From positions 353,599 through 417,598 of the forward strand of contig CAVYGH010000011.1 in assembly GCA_963767945.1 (NCBI GenBank): a DNA stretch of 64,000 nt, in the 5' to 3' direction. The notes below the pieces were generated by a model. The model saw nothing but the letters and a program-made list of their open reading frames with translations. It was not told where the DNA came from and ran no database searches. The translations under genes and the position numbers were made by a program. The DNA comes from an uncultured Chloroflexia bacterium. Its GTDB lineage: Bacteria > Chloroflexota > Limnocylindria > Limnocylindrales > CSP1-4. The stretch's first letter is position 1. Each line of letters starts with the position of its first letter. Shown in pieces: positions 48,762 to 58,895 of the stretch.

Positions 48762-50684
48762 TCAGCCCGCCGGCGCCGGCTCCGCCAGCTTCTCGACGCG
48801 GATCGCCGTCGCCTTGAACTCCGCCGTGCCGGACTTCGGGTCGGTCGCGTCGATGGTCAGGTTGTTGGTCGTGACGTCGTCCTGGAAGTGGAGCGTCATG
48901 AACGCGAGCCCGGGCCGCAGGCCCTCGTCGACCCGCACCGGCGCCTCGACGGAGCCGCGCCGCGACACCACCCGGACGCGCTCGCCCTCGGCCAGGCCGA
49001 GCCGCTCGAGGTCCTCCGGCGACAGGTCGAGGGTCTCGCCGCGCCGCCGCGGGTAGCGATAGCCGCCCGACTGGACGCCGGTGTTGTACGAGTCGAGATG
49101 GCGGCCGGTCGTGAGCCGGATCGGGAAGTCGTCGTCGAGGCGGTCGACCGGCGGGTCGTGCTCGACCGGCACGAACGGCGCGGGGTTGCCGGGCACCGGG
49201 TCCTCCCACAGCCGCGAGTGCAGGAACAGCTCGCCCGGATGGTCCTCGTCGTAGCACGGCCACTGGAGCCCGCCCTCGGCCTCGAGCCGCGCATAGCTCA
49301 TGCCCCGGTGCACGGGCGACAGCTCGCGCACCTCGTTCCAGACCGCCTCGGCGTCCGCCTCGCCCCAGTCGGCGCCCAGGCGCCTGGCGAGCTCGAAGAT
49401 GATCCACAGGTCGTCCTTCGCCTCGCCGGGCGGGACCAGCGCCGCGTGGACGCGCTGCACCCGTCGCTCGCTGTTGGTGACGGTGCCCTCGCTCTCGGCC
49501 CAGGCCGCGGCCGCCGGCAGGACGACGTCGGCGATCTCGCCGGTCGCGGTGAGGAAGATGTCCTGGACGACGAGCAGGTCGAGCCCGCGCAGGAGGCCCT
49601 CGGTCCGGTGCCGGTCCGCCTCCGACTGCAGCGGGTTCTCGCCGATCACGTACAGCGCCGTGAGCTCGCCGCGGTCCATCGCGTCGAACATCCCCGACAG
49701 GTGCCAGCCCCGTTTGGGCGGGACGCGCACGCCCCACAGGTTGTCGCACCGGTCGCGCGGCTCGTCGTTCTCGACGTGCTGGAAGCCGACCAGCCGGTCC
49801 GGCAGCGCCCCCATGTCGCCGCCGCCCTGGACGTTGTTCTGCCCGCGGAGCGGGTTGATGCCGCTGCCGTACCGCCCGACGTGCCCGGTCAGGAGGGCGA
49901 GCGAGATCAGCGCGAGGACGTTGTCGACGGCGTTGTGGTGCTCGGTGATCCCGAGGGTCCAGCAGATCATCGCCCGGTCGGCCTTGGCGTAGGCATGGGC
50001 CGCCTCGCGGATCGCCGCCGCCGGCACCCCGGTCTCGCGCTGCGCGTATTCGAGCGTGTACGGCTCGACCGCGTCGCGGTACGCCTCGAACCCCGACGTC
50101 GCCCGCCCGATGAACTCGTCGTTCGCGAGTCCCGCGTGGATGATCTCGCGCGCCATCGCGTTGGCCAGCGCGATGTCCGAGCCGACGTCGAGGCCCAGCC
50201 ACAGGTCGGCCCACTCCGCGCTGGACGTCCGTCGCGGGTCGATCGTGATCAGGCGCGCACCGCGACGCACCCCCTTCAGGAGGTGGTGGAAGAAGATCGG
50301 GTGCGTCTCCCGGGCGTTGCTGCCCCACAGGAGGAAGCAGTCCGTCTCCTCGGCCTCACGATATGAGCTGGTTCCGCCACCAGCGCCGAACACGGTCGCC
50401 AGACCGGCGACAGAGGGGGCGTGTCAGGTGCGGTTGCAGCTGTCGATGTTGTTGCTGCCCAGGACGGCGCGGGCGAACTTCTGGGCCGCGAAGTTGACCT
50501 CGTTGGTCGACTTGCTGCAGCTGAAGACCCCGAACGTCTTCGAGCCGTGCGCCTCGCCCGCCGCCCGCAGCGCCGCGGCCACCCGGTCGAGCGCCTCGTC
50601 CCAGGTCGCGGGACGGAGGACACCGGTCGAGCGGTCGCCGTCGCGGACGAGCGGCGTCGTCAGGCGGACGTACTCCTTCGGCAC
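48762..50684 (-). CDS. fdhA: Formate dehydrogenase catalytic (Mo/W-bisPGD) module, selenocysteine-containing (UGA at 50424-50426), lacking its own Fe4S4 domain
   Basis: GTG 50684 (GAGG 7 nt upstream) gives [79 protein letters not shown]..., joining ORF 50424..(tail) to ORF 48762..50393. The TGA aligns with the conserved Cys/Sec active-site position. A SECIS and the full sel gene set are present. Confidence 0.85.
50395..50411 (-). promoter_or_regulatory. Bacterial SECIS element (upper stem-loop) for the fdhA UGA
   Basis: The minus strand reads UGA-cacgccccucu-GUCGCC-GGUCU-GGCGAC. This is a 17-nt hairpin starting 11 nt after the UGA. Its GGUCU apical loop is identical to the E. coli fdhF SECIS loop. 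Confidence 0.7.
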
Positions 50685-50734
50685 TGGCCTACCTCGTGCT
50701 GGTGGGTCCGACCCGCCGAGTGTAGTCGCCTCCC

Positions 50735-52513
50735 TCAGCTGCGCGCCGCGATCTCGGCGACCGGGGTGTCGTAGAGCGCCAGCAGGCGGTCCGCGACGGC
50801 CGGCCGGGCGCCGACGAGCTCGAGGAAGGCCTCGCCGTCCATCATGAACAGCAGGCCGTCGGTCGCCGCCGTGACGGTCGCGGACCGAGGCGCACGGGCG
50901 AGGATCCCGCGCTCGCCGAAGACGTCGTCGATCCCGAGCGTCCGCAGCTCCCGCGACGGCCCACCCTCGTCGTCGACCGCGGACACCGAGAACGATCCGT
51001 CGCCGATCACGAAGAACCGGTCGGCGGGGTCGCCCTGGCGGACGATGACCTCGCCCGCGGCCACGACCATCGGCTGCAACGCGTGGAGCGCACCTTCGAC
51101 GCGGGCGGGCGACAGGCCGCCGAACAGCGGCAGGCGGGCGATCCGCTTCAGGTCGACGTCGTAGCGGCCCGCGGGCACGTCGCCCGCCACGCCGATCAGC
51201 CGCACCGCGATCGCCGTCGCCACGCCGACGGCGACGCCGACGAGGCCCATGACCCAGCCGAACCCGACCACGGTCACGAGCAGGGGGACGAGCAGCGTCC
51301 CACCCGCTTCCGAGACCGATTGGGTCGTCAGGAGCAGGCCGCTGAACCGGCCACGGTACGCGTCGGGGACCACGCGCTGGAAGATGGTCGTCCGGGTCAC
51401 GTCGAGGATCAGGTTGCCAGCCGAGGCCACGGCAATCGCCGCGAACGCGACGACGATCAGGTTGGCGGCACCCAGCACGACGACTGCCACGGCCGTGATC
51501 GCGCCGCCGACGAGCAGGACCGGTCCGAGCCTCGGCCGGAGCACGAGCGCCCCGGAGAAGAGGGCGCCCACGGTCCCGCCGATGCCGATCGCGGCGTTGA
51601 GGTACCCGGTTGCCGCGTCGCCGCCGTGGAACACGTCGATGGCGATAAAGACGATCAGGATCGTGATCCCGCCGAACGCGAACCAGGTCAGCGTGTCCAT
51701 CAGGATGATGCCGAGGATCGCCGTCGTGTCGACGCCCGGTGGCATGGATCGGCCGAGAATGCGCCGGGTCGTTGCACGCGCCGACGGAGCGCCGCCCTGG
51801 GTGGTGCCGTCGACCGCAACCCTGACCGCGCCTTCGACCTGGCCAGCCTCGGGCCTGCCCGCCGTGGACTCGGCGACGGCCGGCACGCCATCGTCCGTCG
51901 CGCCTGCCGGCGCGGCGCCGGCCTTGCTGGGCGGCAGCGACCACAGGATCACCGCGATCAGCGTGAACGAGGCGGCGTTGATCACGAACGCGGCCACGAG
52001 CTCGCCCGTCGCCAGCAGCAGGCCCGCGATGCCGGGACCGACGATCCAGGCGAGGTTGTCCAGCGTCGCCCAGGCCGAGTTCGCGGGTCCGAACTCGCGC
52101 TCGTCGCGGACGAGGCTGGGGATGAGCGCCCCGATCGCCGGGTAGAAGAAGGTGGAGAAGCAGGCGGCGAGGATCGCCACCGCCGCGATCGCCACCAGGG
52201 GCCCGTCCACGGCGACCAGCCAGGCCATCGCGAGCATGCACACCGCGCGGGCGAGGTCCGTCGTGAGGAGGACGAGCCGGCGGTCGAAGCGATCGGCGAT
52301 GACGCCGGCCGGGATCGACAGCAGGATGTACGGCAGCATCCGCGCCGCCCCGACGATGCCCAGGATGACCGGGTCCCCGGTGGCCTCGTAGACCAGGACG
52401 ACGAGCGCGACGAGGTACAGCCAGTCGCCGATCGACGAGATGAACTCGCCGACGAACAGCCGCGTCAGCGGGCCGTTGCGCAGCAGCTGACGGTACGTGG
52501 CCGCGATCGACAC
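50735..52513 (-). CDS. MFS transporter fused to a C-terminal cyclic-nucleotide-binding domain
   Basis: Intact 592 aa. It has 12 TM helices (..FVGEFISSIGDWLYLVALVVLVYE.., IADRFDRR..), a long central loop, then LPLFGGLSPARVEGAL..GEVIVRQGDPADRFFVIGDG..FGERGILARAPRSATV. Confidence 0.8.
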   Translation of the reverse strand: MSIAATYRQLLRNGPLTRLFVGEFISSIGDWLYLVALVVLVYEATGDPVILGIVGAARMLPYILLSIPAGVIADRFDRRLVLLTTDLARAVCMLAMAWLVAVDGPLVAIAAVAILAACFSTFFYPAIGALIPSLVRDEREFGPANSAWATLDNLAWIVGPGIAGLLLATGELVAAFVINAASFTLIAVILWSLPPSKAGAAPAGATDDGVPAVAESTAGRPEAGQVEGAVRVAVDGTTQGGAPSARATTRRILGRSMPPGVDTTAILGIILMDTLTWFAFGGITILIVFIAIDVFHGGDAATGYLNAAIGIGGTVGALFSGALVLRPRLGPVLLVGGAITAVAVVVLGAANLIVVAFAAIAVASAGNLILDVTRTTIFQRVVPDAYRGRFSGLLLTTQSVSEAGGTLLVPLLVTVVGFGWVMGLVGVAVGVATAIAVRLIGVAGDVPAGRYDVDLKRIARLPLFGGLSPARVEGALHALQPMVVAAGEVIVRQGDPADRFFVIGDGSFSVSAVDDEGGPSRELRTLGIDDVFGERGILARAPRSATVTAATDGLLFMMDGEAFLELVGARPAVADRLLALYDTPVAEIAARS

Positions 52514-52696
52514 CCAGGGCCCCTCGAGGTCTCGGCTCCGGTTTGGTCACCCGAGGCTACGCTCCGCCGCAGGCGTGCGTCGGCCGGTCATCACCAGGCG
52601 GCGCGATGGCGCCCCGATCGCGGCCGGGAGCCGGGAACCGATCGCCCGCGGGCGGTGTATCCGAGGCGAACAGATCCCGTCCCGGAGGCCGATCCC

Positions 52697-53293
52697 ATGC
52701 GCCGAATCGTTCCGCCGCTCCTCGTCGCGATCCTCCTGCTCGCCTCGCTCGGCGCCGTGCCGGTCTCCGCCGGCGGCGGGTGCCACGGCACGGACGGCAC
52801 CGTCCACACCGAGGGCGACTCGACGGTCGTGCGCATGGACACCTGCTCGTTCGCGCCGACCGTCGTCCACGTCCCCGTCGGCACCGCCGTGCGGTTCCTG
52901 AACACCGCCACCGTCAACCACCTGGTGGTCGGCGAGGCGCGCACGTGGGGGACCGAGACCGAGCTCGTGCCGGGCCAGGAGCTGCAGCGCACGTTCGGGA
53001 CGAAGGGCGTCTTCCCGTACAGCTGCCCGCTCCATCCGGGCATGGTCGGCGCGGTCGTCGTCGGCGGCGGCGACGCGGCCGCGGCACCGCCGGCGGCCGT
53101 GGCGCCCGGTGACGGCGCGGGTGGTGATCCGGCACCGGCCGCCGCGGTGACGACACCGCTCGAGGCGGCCGCCTCGGGTCCGTCGCCCGCTGCGCTCGCG
53201 TTGGCCGGCGTGCTGCTGGCGCTGCTCGTGATCGGCGGAGCGCTGCTGTGGCGCCGCCAGTCGTCGCGACAGGTCACGTCGCCCGAGGCCTGA
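52697..53293 (+). CDS. Cupredoxin-fold (plastocyanin/amicyanin-like) copper protein with a signal peptide and C-terminal TM anchor
   Basis: MRRIVPPLLVAILLLASLGAVPVSA, then FAPTVVHVPVGTAVRFLNTATVNHLV..FPYSCPLHPGMVGAVVV (C..H..M copper ligands), then a C-terminal TM ALALAGVLLALLVIGGALL. GGAGG lies upstream. Confidence 0.7.
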   Translation: MRRIVPPLLVAILLLASLGAVPVSAGGGCHGTDGTVHTEGDSTVVRMDTCSFAPTVVHVPVGTAVRFLNTATVNHLVVGEARTWGTETELVPGQELQRTFGTKGVFPYSCPLHPGMVGAVVVGGGDAAAAPPAAVAPGDGAGGDPAPAAAVTTPLEAAASGPSPAALALAGVLLALLVIGGALLWRRQSSRQVTSPEA

Positions 53294-53308
53294 CGCCGGG
53301 GCAGTCGC

Positions 53309-54367
53309 TCAGGCGAGCGCGACGCCCGGGTCGCCGGCCTCGACGATCCCGACGCGCCACGCTGGCACGCCGGCCGCCGCGAGGCCGGCCTCCACGTCGT
53401 CGACGAGCGCCGCGGGGACGGCCGCGAGCAGCCCGCCCGAGGTCTGGGGGTCGTGGGCGAGGGCGACGAGCTCCGGCGGGACGCCGTCTCCGACGGCCAG
53501 GGACGACGCGGTGAACCGACGGTTGTGCCCCGCGCCGCCGGTCTCCACGCCGGACCGGGCGAGGTCGAGCGCGCCGTCGAGCGCCGGGAGCGCCGCCGCC
53601 TCGAAGCGCAGGCGCGTCCCGGACGCGCGGGCCATCTCGAGGCCGTGCCCGAGCAGGCCGAAGCCGGTCACGTCGGTCGCACCGCGGATGTCGTGGCGCG
53701 CCAGGACCTCCGAGGCGACGCGGTTGAGCGTCCGCATCTGGTCGACGGCCGCGGCGAGGTCGCCGTCGCTCGTGGCGCCCGACCGGCGCCCGCTCACCAG
53801 CAGGCCGGTGCCCAGGCGCTTCGTGAGCAGCAGCACGTCCCCGTGGCGCGCGCCCCCCTTGCGGAACAGCCGGTCCGGATGGCCGGCGCCGATGACGGCC
53901 AGCCCGTACTTCGGCTCCGGGTCCCGGATCGTGTGGCCGCCCGCGAGCCGGCCGCCGGCCTCGCGGACCTTGCCCGCGGCGGCCTCGAAGACCGCGGCCA
54001 TCGCGTCGCGCGGGAAGTCCTCGGGGAAGGCCGCGATCGAGAGCGCGAACAGGACCCGGCCGCCCATCGCGTACACGTCGGACAGCGCATTGGCCGCGGC
54101 GATCGCCCCGTAGTCGGCCGGGTCGTCGACGAGGGGCGGGAAGAAGTCGAGCGTGCCCAGGATCGCGAGATCGTCGGAGATCCGGTACGCGGCGGCGTCG
54201 TCGGGCGGGTCGAGGCCGGCGATGAGCGCCCCGTCGGGCTGCGTCGCCCCGAGCCCGGACAGGGCGTCGGCCAGCAGGTCGGCGCCGAGCTTCGCGGCAC
54301 ACCCGCCGCAGTCGGTCAGCTCGGTCAGGCGGATGGGCGTGCGGATGGCTTCGGCTCGAACGGTCAT
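53309..54367 (-). CDS. selD: Selenide, water dikinase SelD (Cys-type)
   Basis: From [28 protein letters not shown], then [48 protein letters not shown] and DPQTSGGLL. Confidence 0.9.
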   Translation of the reverse strand: MTVRAEAIRTPIRLTELTDCGGCAAKLGADLLADALSGLGATQPDGALIAGLDPPDDAAAYRISDDLAILGTLDFFPPLVDDPADYGAIAAANALSDVYAMGGRVLFALSIAAFPEDFPRDAMAAVFEAAAGKVREAGGRLAGGHTIRDPEPKYGLAVIGAGHPDRLFRKGGARHGDVLLLTKRLGTGLLVSGRRSGATSDGDLAAAVDQMRTLNRVASEVLARHDIRGATDVTGFGLLGHGLEMARASGTRLRFEAAALPALDGALDLARSGVETGGAGHNRRFTASSLAVGDGVPPELVALAHDPQTSGGLLAAVPAALVDDVEAGLAAAGVPAWRVGIVEAGDPGVALA

Positions 54368-54407
54368 CGGACGATCATAGGCAAGGGTCCGCGCTAGCAT
54401 CGGACGT

Positions 54408-54504
54408 GGGAGCGGAGGGGTCCCGGTGGGTCCCCCGGTCTTCAACACCGGTGGCGCGGCGCCCGGCGTCGCGCGGTGGGTTCGACTCCCATGCGCTCCC
54501 GCCA
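54408..54504 (+). tRNA. selC: tRNA-Sec (anticodon UCA), 8/5-type with a long variable arm
   Basis: Folded by hand. Acceptor GGGAGCG(G)/(G)CGCUCCC plus discriminator G and CCA. 6-bp D stem GGGUCC-CGGU-GGGUCC. Anticodon arm CCGGU-CUUCAAC-ACCGG. An 8-bp variable arm. T arm GUGGG-UUCGACU-CCCAU. It lies between selD and selA. Confidence 0.9.
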
Positions 54505-54534
54505 CCGTGCTCGGCTCGGCCCTGCGATGATCGT

Positions 54535-55898
54535 GTGGTGAGCACGCCACACCCTCCGAGCGTCGAGCGCGTCCTCGTCGTCGCGCGCCCGCTCGCCGGA
54601 GCCCGCGATCCGGCCGCGGTGCTCTCGATGGCCCGCGCGGTCGTGGACGAGGAACGCGAACGACTGGCCGGTGGCAGTGCCGACGCCCGCTCCGCGGAGG
54701 CGCTGGGCCGCGAGGTCGCCGACCGTCTCGACGCCTTCGAGCGCCTCGCCGGTCCCGACCGGGTGATCAACGCGACCGGCGTGATCGTCCATACCAACCT
54801 CGGCCGCGCGCCGTGGCCGGCCGCTGCGCGTCCGCGCCGCGACCGCGGCCGCCGAGGGGACGCTGTTCCTCGAGCTCGATCGCGCGACCGGCCGTCGCGG
54901 CCGCCGGTACCGGGAGGCGGAGGACCACCTCGTCGCGCTGACCGGCGCGGAGGACGCGCTGATCGTGACCAACAACGCCGCGGCCGTCGCGCTGGCGGTC
55001 GGCCTGGCCGGCCGGGGCGGCGTCGCGGTGAGCCGCGGCGAGCTGGTGGAGATCGGCGGCGGCGTGCGGATCCCGGAGATCGTGCGGCGCGCCGGCGCGA
55101 AGCTGGTCGAGGTGGGGACGACGAACCGGACGCGCGTCGCCGACTTCGAGGAGGTCCTCGTCGACGGCCGGGCGCGGCTGGTCCTCCGCGTGCACCCCTC
55201 GAACTTCGCCCAGAGCGGGTTCGTCGAGGCGCCCGACGCGCCGGAGCTCGCCGAGGCCGCGCATCGTCACGGCGCGCTCGTCGTCGACGACCTCGGCAGC
55301 GGCGCCCTGCTCGACACGGCCGCCTTCGGCCTCGCGCACGAGCCCATGCCCCGCGAGCGGCTCGCCGACGGCGCCGACCTGGTGACGTTCAGCGGCGACA
55401 AGCTGGTCGGCGGGCCACAGGCGGGGTTCGTCGTCGGTCGCGCCGACCTCGTCGCGCGGCTGCGCAAGGACCCGCTCGCACGCGCGATGCGGCCCGACAA
55501 GGTCGTGCTCGCCGCCGTGGCCGCGACGCTCGCGCTGTACCGGGCGGGCGTCGCCGGCCGCGAGATCCCCGTGTGGCGGCAGATCTCCGCCCCGGTCGAG
55601 GACCTCGCGACGCGCGCGGAGGCGATCGCCGCCACGGCGGGCTCGCACGCCAGCGTCGTCGCGGTCGAGGCCACGGTCGGCGGCGGGTCGCTGCCCGGCC
55701 AGGTCCTGCCGTCCCGAGCCGTGTGCCTGCCGTCGGACGCGCCCGACCGGCTGCTGGCCCGCCTCCGGGCCGGCGACCCGGCGGTGATGGGACGGATCGA
55801 GGCCGGCGCCGTCGTCCTCGACCTGCGTTCGGTCGAGCCCGCCGACGACGCCCGCCCTCGCCGCGGCGGTCGCGGCGGCCATGGCCGGCCATGCCTGA
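54535..55898 (+). CDS. selA: L-seryl-tRNA(Sec) selenium transferase SelA; two frame breaks (near 54829 and 55853)
   Basis: ..[11 protein letters not shown]...[18 protein letters not shown], then (extra c) ..[61 protein letters not shown] (PLP Lys). After an extra c the C-terminus reads ..[18 protein letters not shown] 55896-55898, overlapping the selB ATG. Confidence 0.85.
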
Positions 55899-57780
55899 GC
55901 CCGCCGCGGGTCGGAGCGTCGTCGTCGGCACGGCCGGCCACATCGACCACGGCAAGACGACCCTGCTCCGGGCGCTCACCGGGATCGACGCCGATCGCCT
56001 CCCCGAGGAGCGGCGGCGGGGCATGACGATCGACGTCGGGTACGCGCACCTCGCGCTGCCGGACGGGTCGATCGTCGACTTCGTCGACGTGCCCGGGCCA
56101 CGACCGGCTGATCGGCAACATGCTCGTGGGGGCCGGCGAGATCGATGCCGCCCTGCTGGTCGTGGCGGCCGACGACGGGCCCAACGCCCAGACGCTCGAG
56201 CACCTCGCGCTGCTCGACGCCCTCGGGATCGGCGACGGGCTCGCGGTCGTGACGAAGGCGGACCTCGTCGACGACGCGCGGCGGGCCGAGGTCGCCGCGG
56301 ACGTCGCCGCGCGGCTCGCGACCACGTCCCTCGCCGGGTCTCCCGTCCTCGTCGCGTCGGCCGAGACCGGCGAGGGGCTCGAGGCCGTCGCCCGCGAGAT
56401 CGGCGTCCTCGCAGGCCGGGTGCTCGGTCGCCTGTCGGCGCCCGGGACGGTCGCGCCGCCGCGCCTCGCGATCGACCGGGTCTTCGCGGTCAAGGGCCGC
56501 GGGTCGGTCGTCACCGGCAGCCTGCGCGGCGGGCCGATCCACGACGGCCTCACGCTCCGGCTCGTGCCCGGCGACGACGCGGTGCGCGTGCGCGAGGTCC
56601 AGGTGCGGGGCCAGGCCGTGCCCGAGGCGGCCGGCGGCCGGACCGCCATCCTCGTGGGCGGGGTCGAGGCGGATCGGCTGCGGCGCGGGATGGTCCTGAC
56701 CGCCGACCCCGAGGTCACCGCCACGTCGCGCGTGCTCGTGGCCGTTCGCGGCGCGGGAGGCGTGGCCCCGGCCGATCGCGACCGCCTGCGCATCCATCTC
56801 GGCACCGACCAGGCCGGCGCCCTCGTCGTGCGCGGGCCGCGCGAGGCCATCGACCTCCCGGACGGCACCGCCCTCGCGATCCTCCGCCTCGACGCGACCA
56901 TCGCGGCCGCCCCCGGCGACCGGTTCGCGCTGCGCCGGCCGTCGCCCGGCGCGGTCGCGGGCGGGGGGATCGTGCTCGACGCCGTCCCGCCGCGCGGCGT
57001 GTCGCGGCGCCGGCTCAGCCCGCCGCGCGCGGCGGCGCTGGCGACCCACCCCGCCGGATCGGCGGATGCCCGGCTCGAGCTCCATGGCGCGCTGCCGGTC
57101 GGCGGCGCCTGGCGGCTGGCCCCCGACGTCGAGCGCGCCCTGCGTGACCGGGCGATCGAGCTCGTCGCGGCGCATCGGCGGGCTCATCCCGACGCGTCCG
57201 GCGTGCCCCTGACGGACGTGCGCGCGGACCTCGCCCCGGCGGCGCGCCGGCTGGCCACGCTCGGGCGCGACGCCGCCGCGACGGTCGCGGACGGCGTGGT
57301 CGATCGCCTCGTCGCGGACGGGACGCTCGTCCGGGCCGACGGTCGGCTCCGCGATCCGTCGGCATCGGCCGGACCGACGGCGGCGACGCTCGAGGCGATG
57401 GACCGGCTCGAGGTCGCGCTCGCGGTGGCCTCGCCGCCGCCGCTCGCCGAGGCCGCGCGGGCCGCGGGCTGCCCGCCCGACGGGATCCGCGCGCTGGAGG
57501 CGCGCCGGGCGGATCGTGCGTCTCGAAGACGACCTCGCCTGGGCCGCGACCACGTATCGCGAGCTCGTCCGGCGCGCGCTCGCGATGGCCGCAGCGGCGC
57601 CCCTGACGCCGGCCGCGTTTCGCGACGCGACCGGCAGCAGCCGCCGCTACGTGCTGGTGATCCTCGAGGACCTCGACCGCCGCGGGCTGCTCGCGCCGAA
57701 CCGACGCCGGCCACGTCCTGGGACCCACGACCCTCGCCCGGATGCGCGAGCGGGCGGCCGCGACCGCCACCGCCGAATGA
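55891..57780 (+). CDS. selB: Selenocysteine-specific elongation factor SelB; three frame breaks (near 56095, 57508 and 57704)
   Basis: [21 protein letters not shown] (G1), [12 protein letters not shown] (G3, after an extra g), VVTKADL (G4), domains II-III, then winged-helix C-terminal domains (..[38 protein letters not shown]..). The stop TGA 57778-57780 overlaps the mobA ATG (ATGA). Confidence 0.85.
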
Positions 57781-58389
57781 CCTCGGCCATCGTCCTCGCC
57801 GGTGGGGCGTCGCGCCGGTTCGGCGGCGACAAGCTGCTCGCCGACCTCGACGGCCGCCCGTTGCTCCACCACGCCCTCGACGTCCTGGCCACGATCGCGA
57901 ATCCGATCGTGGTCGTCCTGGCCCCCGGCGCGCCCGACCCGCCGATCCCCGGGACGCTCGCGGGAGCCGTCAGCCTCGCGCGCGATCCGGCCCGACACCA
58001 GGGTCCCCTGGCCGGCGTCGCCGCCGGGCTGCGGGCGCTCGCGGACCTCGATCGCGGTCACGACGCGCCCTCGATCGTGGTCGGCGGCGACATGCCCCAT
58101 CTCGTGCCGGAGGTCCTCGCTCTGCTCGTGGCCGCGCTCGACGCCCACCCGGCGAGCGGCGCCGCGACGCTCGAGGCCGACCCGCCGTGCGTCCTGCCGC
58201 TGGCGCTCCGCCCGTCGCTCGCGCGGCCGGCGGTCGACGCGCTCCTGGGGCTCGACCGGCGGGCCCTGCTCGGGCTGCTTGGACGCCCTGCCCACGGCGG
58301 TGGTGCCGGCCGGTGCGTGGCGCGCCATCGACCCGTCGGGACGGACGCTCGACGACGTCGACACGCCGGCCGACCTCGACCGGTCCTGA
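57777..58389 (+). CDS. mobA: Molybdenum cofactor guanylyltransferase MobA; frame break near 58279
   Basis: [30 protein letters not shown]...GPLAGVAAGL..VGGDMPHL.., with the C-terminus in ORF 57802..58389 (..AWRAIDPSGRTLDDVDTPADL). Confidence 0.8.
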
Positions 58390-58406
58390 GGGTCAGCCGG
58401 AGACGC

Positions 58407-58444
58407 CAAGACGCCCGCCCCTGGGAGGGTGGGCGGGCGTCTTG
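58407..58444. terminator. Strong hairpin after mobA, between convergent genes
   Basis: CAAGACGCCCGCCC ...10 nt... GGGCGGGCGTCTTG, a 14-bp perfect stem, 18 nt after the mobA stop. Confidence 0.55.
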
Positions 58445-58530
58445 CGTGGAGGGTGCTCCCGGGCCGGAGGAGCCAGGCCCGGGTGGATGTGAGCCGGCTG
58501 GGAGGGATGCCAGGCGGCCGTTGTGAGCGA

Positions 58531-58719
58531 TCAGGCGGGGGAAGCGGCGCTGTGGGCGTCCGCCGAGCCGAACAGGCTGCGGATGGACGCGACCAGGGAG
58601 GCCACCAGGCCCGGCTTGCGCGGGCTGCGAGCCTGCCGAGCCAGACGATTGGCCTCGGCTTCCGCCATGAGGTCGGCCAGGTGAACCTGGACCGCGTAGA
58701 TCGCTAGCGGGTGCATCAT
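58531..58719 (-). CDS. Small hypothetical protein
   Basis: 62 aa, MMHPLAIYAVQVHLADLMAEAEANRLARQARSPRKPGLVASLVASIRSLFG.. It resembles short conserved actinobacterial hypotheticals (..DL..EAE..RLARQAR..). AGGAGG lies upstream. Confidence 0.4.
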   Translation of the reverse strand: MMHPLAIYAVQVHLADLMAEAEANRLARQARSPRKPGLVASLVASIRSLFGSADAHSAASPA

Positions 58720-58895
58720 CTCGATGACCTCCTTTCCTGCGGCTTCGGTGGTGCGCTTTCGTGGTGTTCCTTGCCGCTGAAGGCACTATCGCGCGCCGGG
58801 CTCCCGCGGCCGATGGACCGCGAACCTCGAATTCGCCTACGTCATCCGACCCGGCCCGGGGTGGGCGCAGGACGACCCCGGAGCGGTGGCCGGGC

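Noticed and set aside
50424-50426. In-frame TGA splitting the formate dehydrogenase gene, which could be read as a nonsense mutation or pseudogene.
   Set aside because: It sits at the conserved Cys/Sec active-site position. A canonical SECIS hairpin follows after 11 nt. selA, selB, selC and selD are all encoded nearby. It is therefore interpreted as selenocysteine.
54406-57147. 913-aa ORF, together with similar long ORFs (8410-10365, 12617-15259, 24968-27520, 34730-36616, 37105-38895, 46671-48614, 48714-50366 and others).
   Set aside because: Their translations are dominated by R/P/G/A runs typical of wrong-frame or antisense reading of GC-rich genes. Each overlaps a well-supported gene in another frame or strand.
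53309-58444. Possible genomic island or prophage insertion at tRNA-Sec.
   Set aside because: I found no integrase, no phage genes and no direct repeat of the tRNA 3' end. The tRNA is flanked by its functional partners selD and selA.
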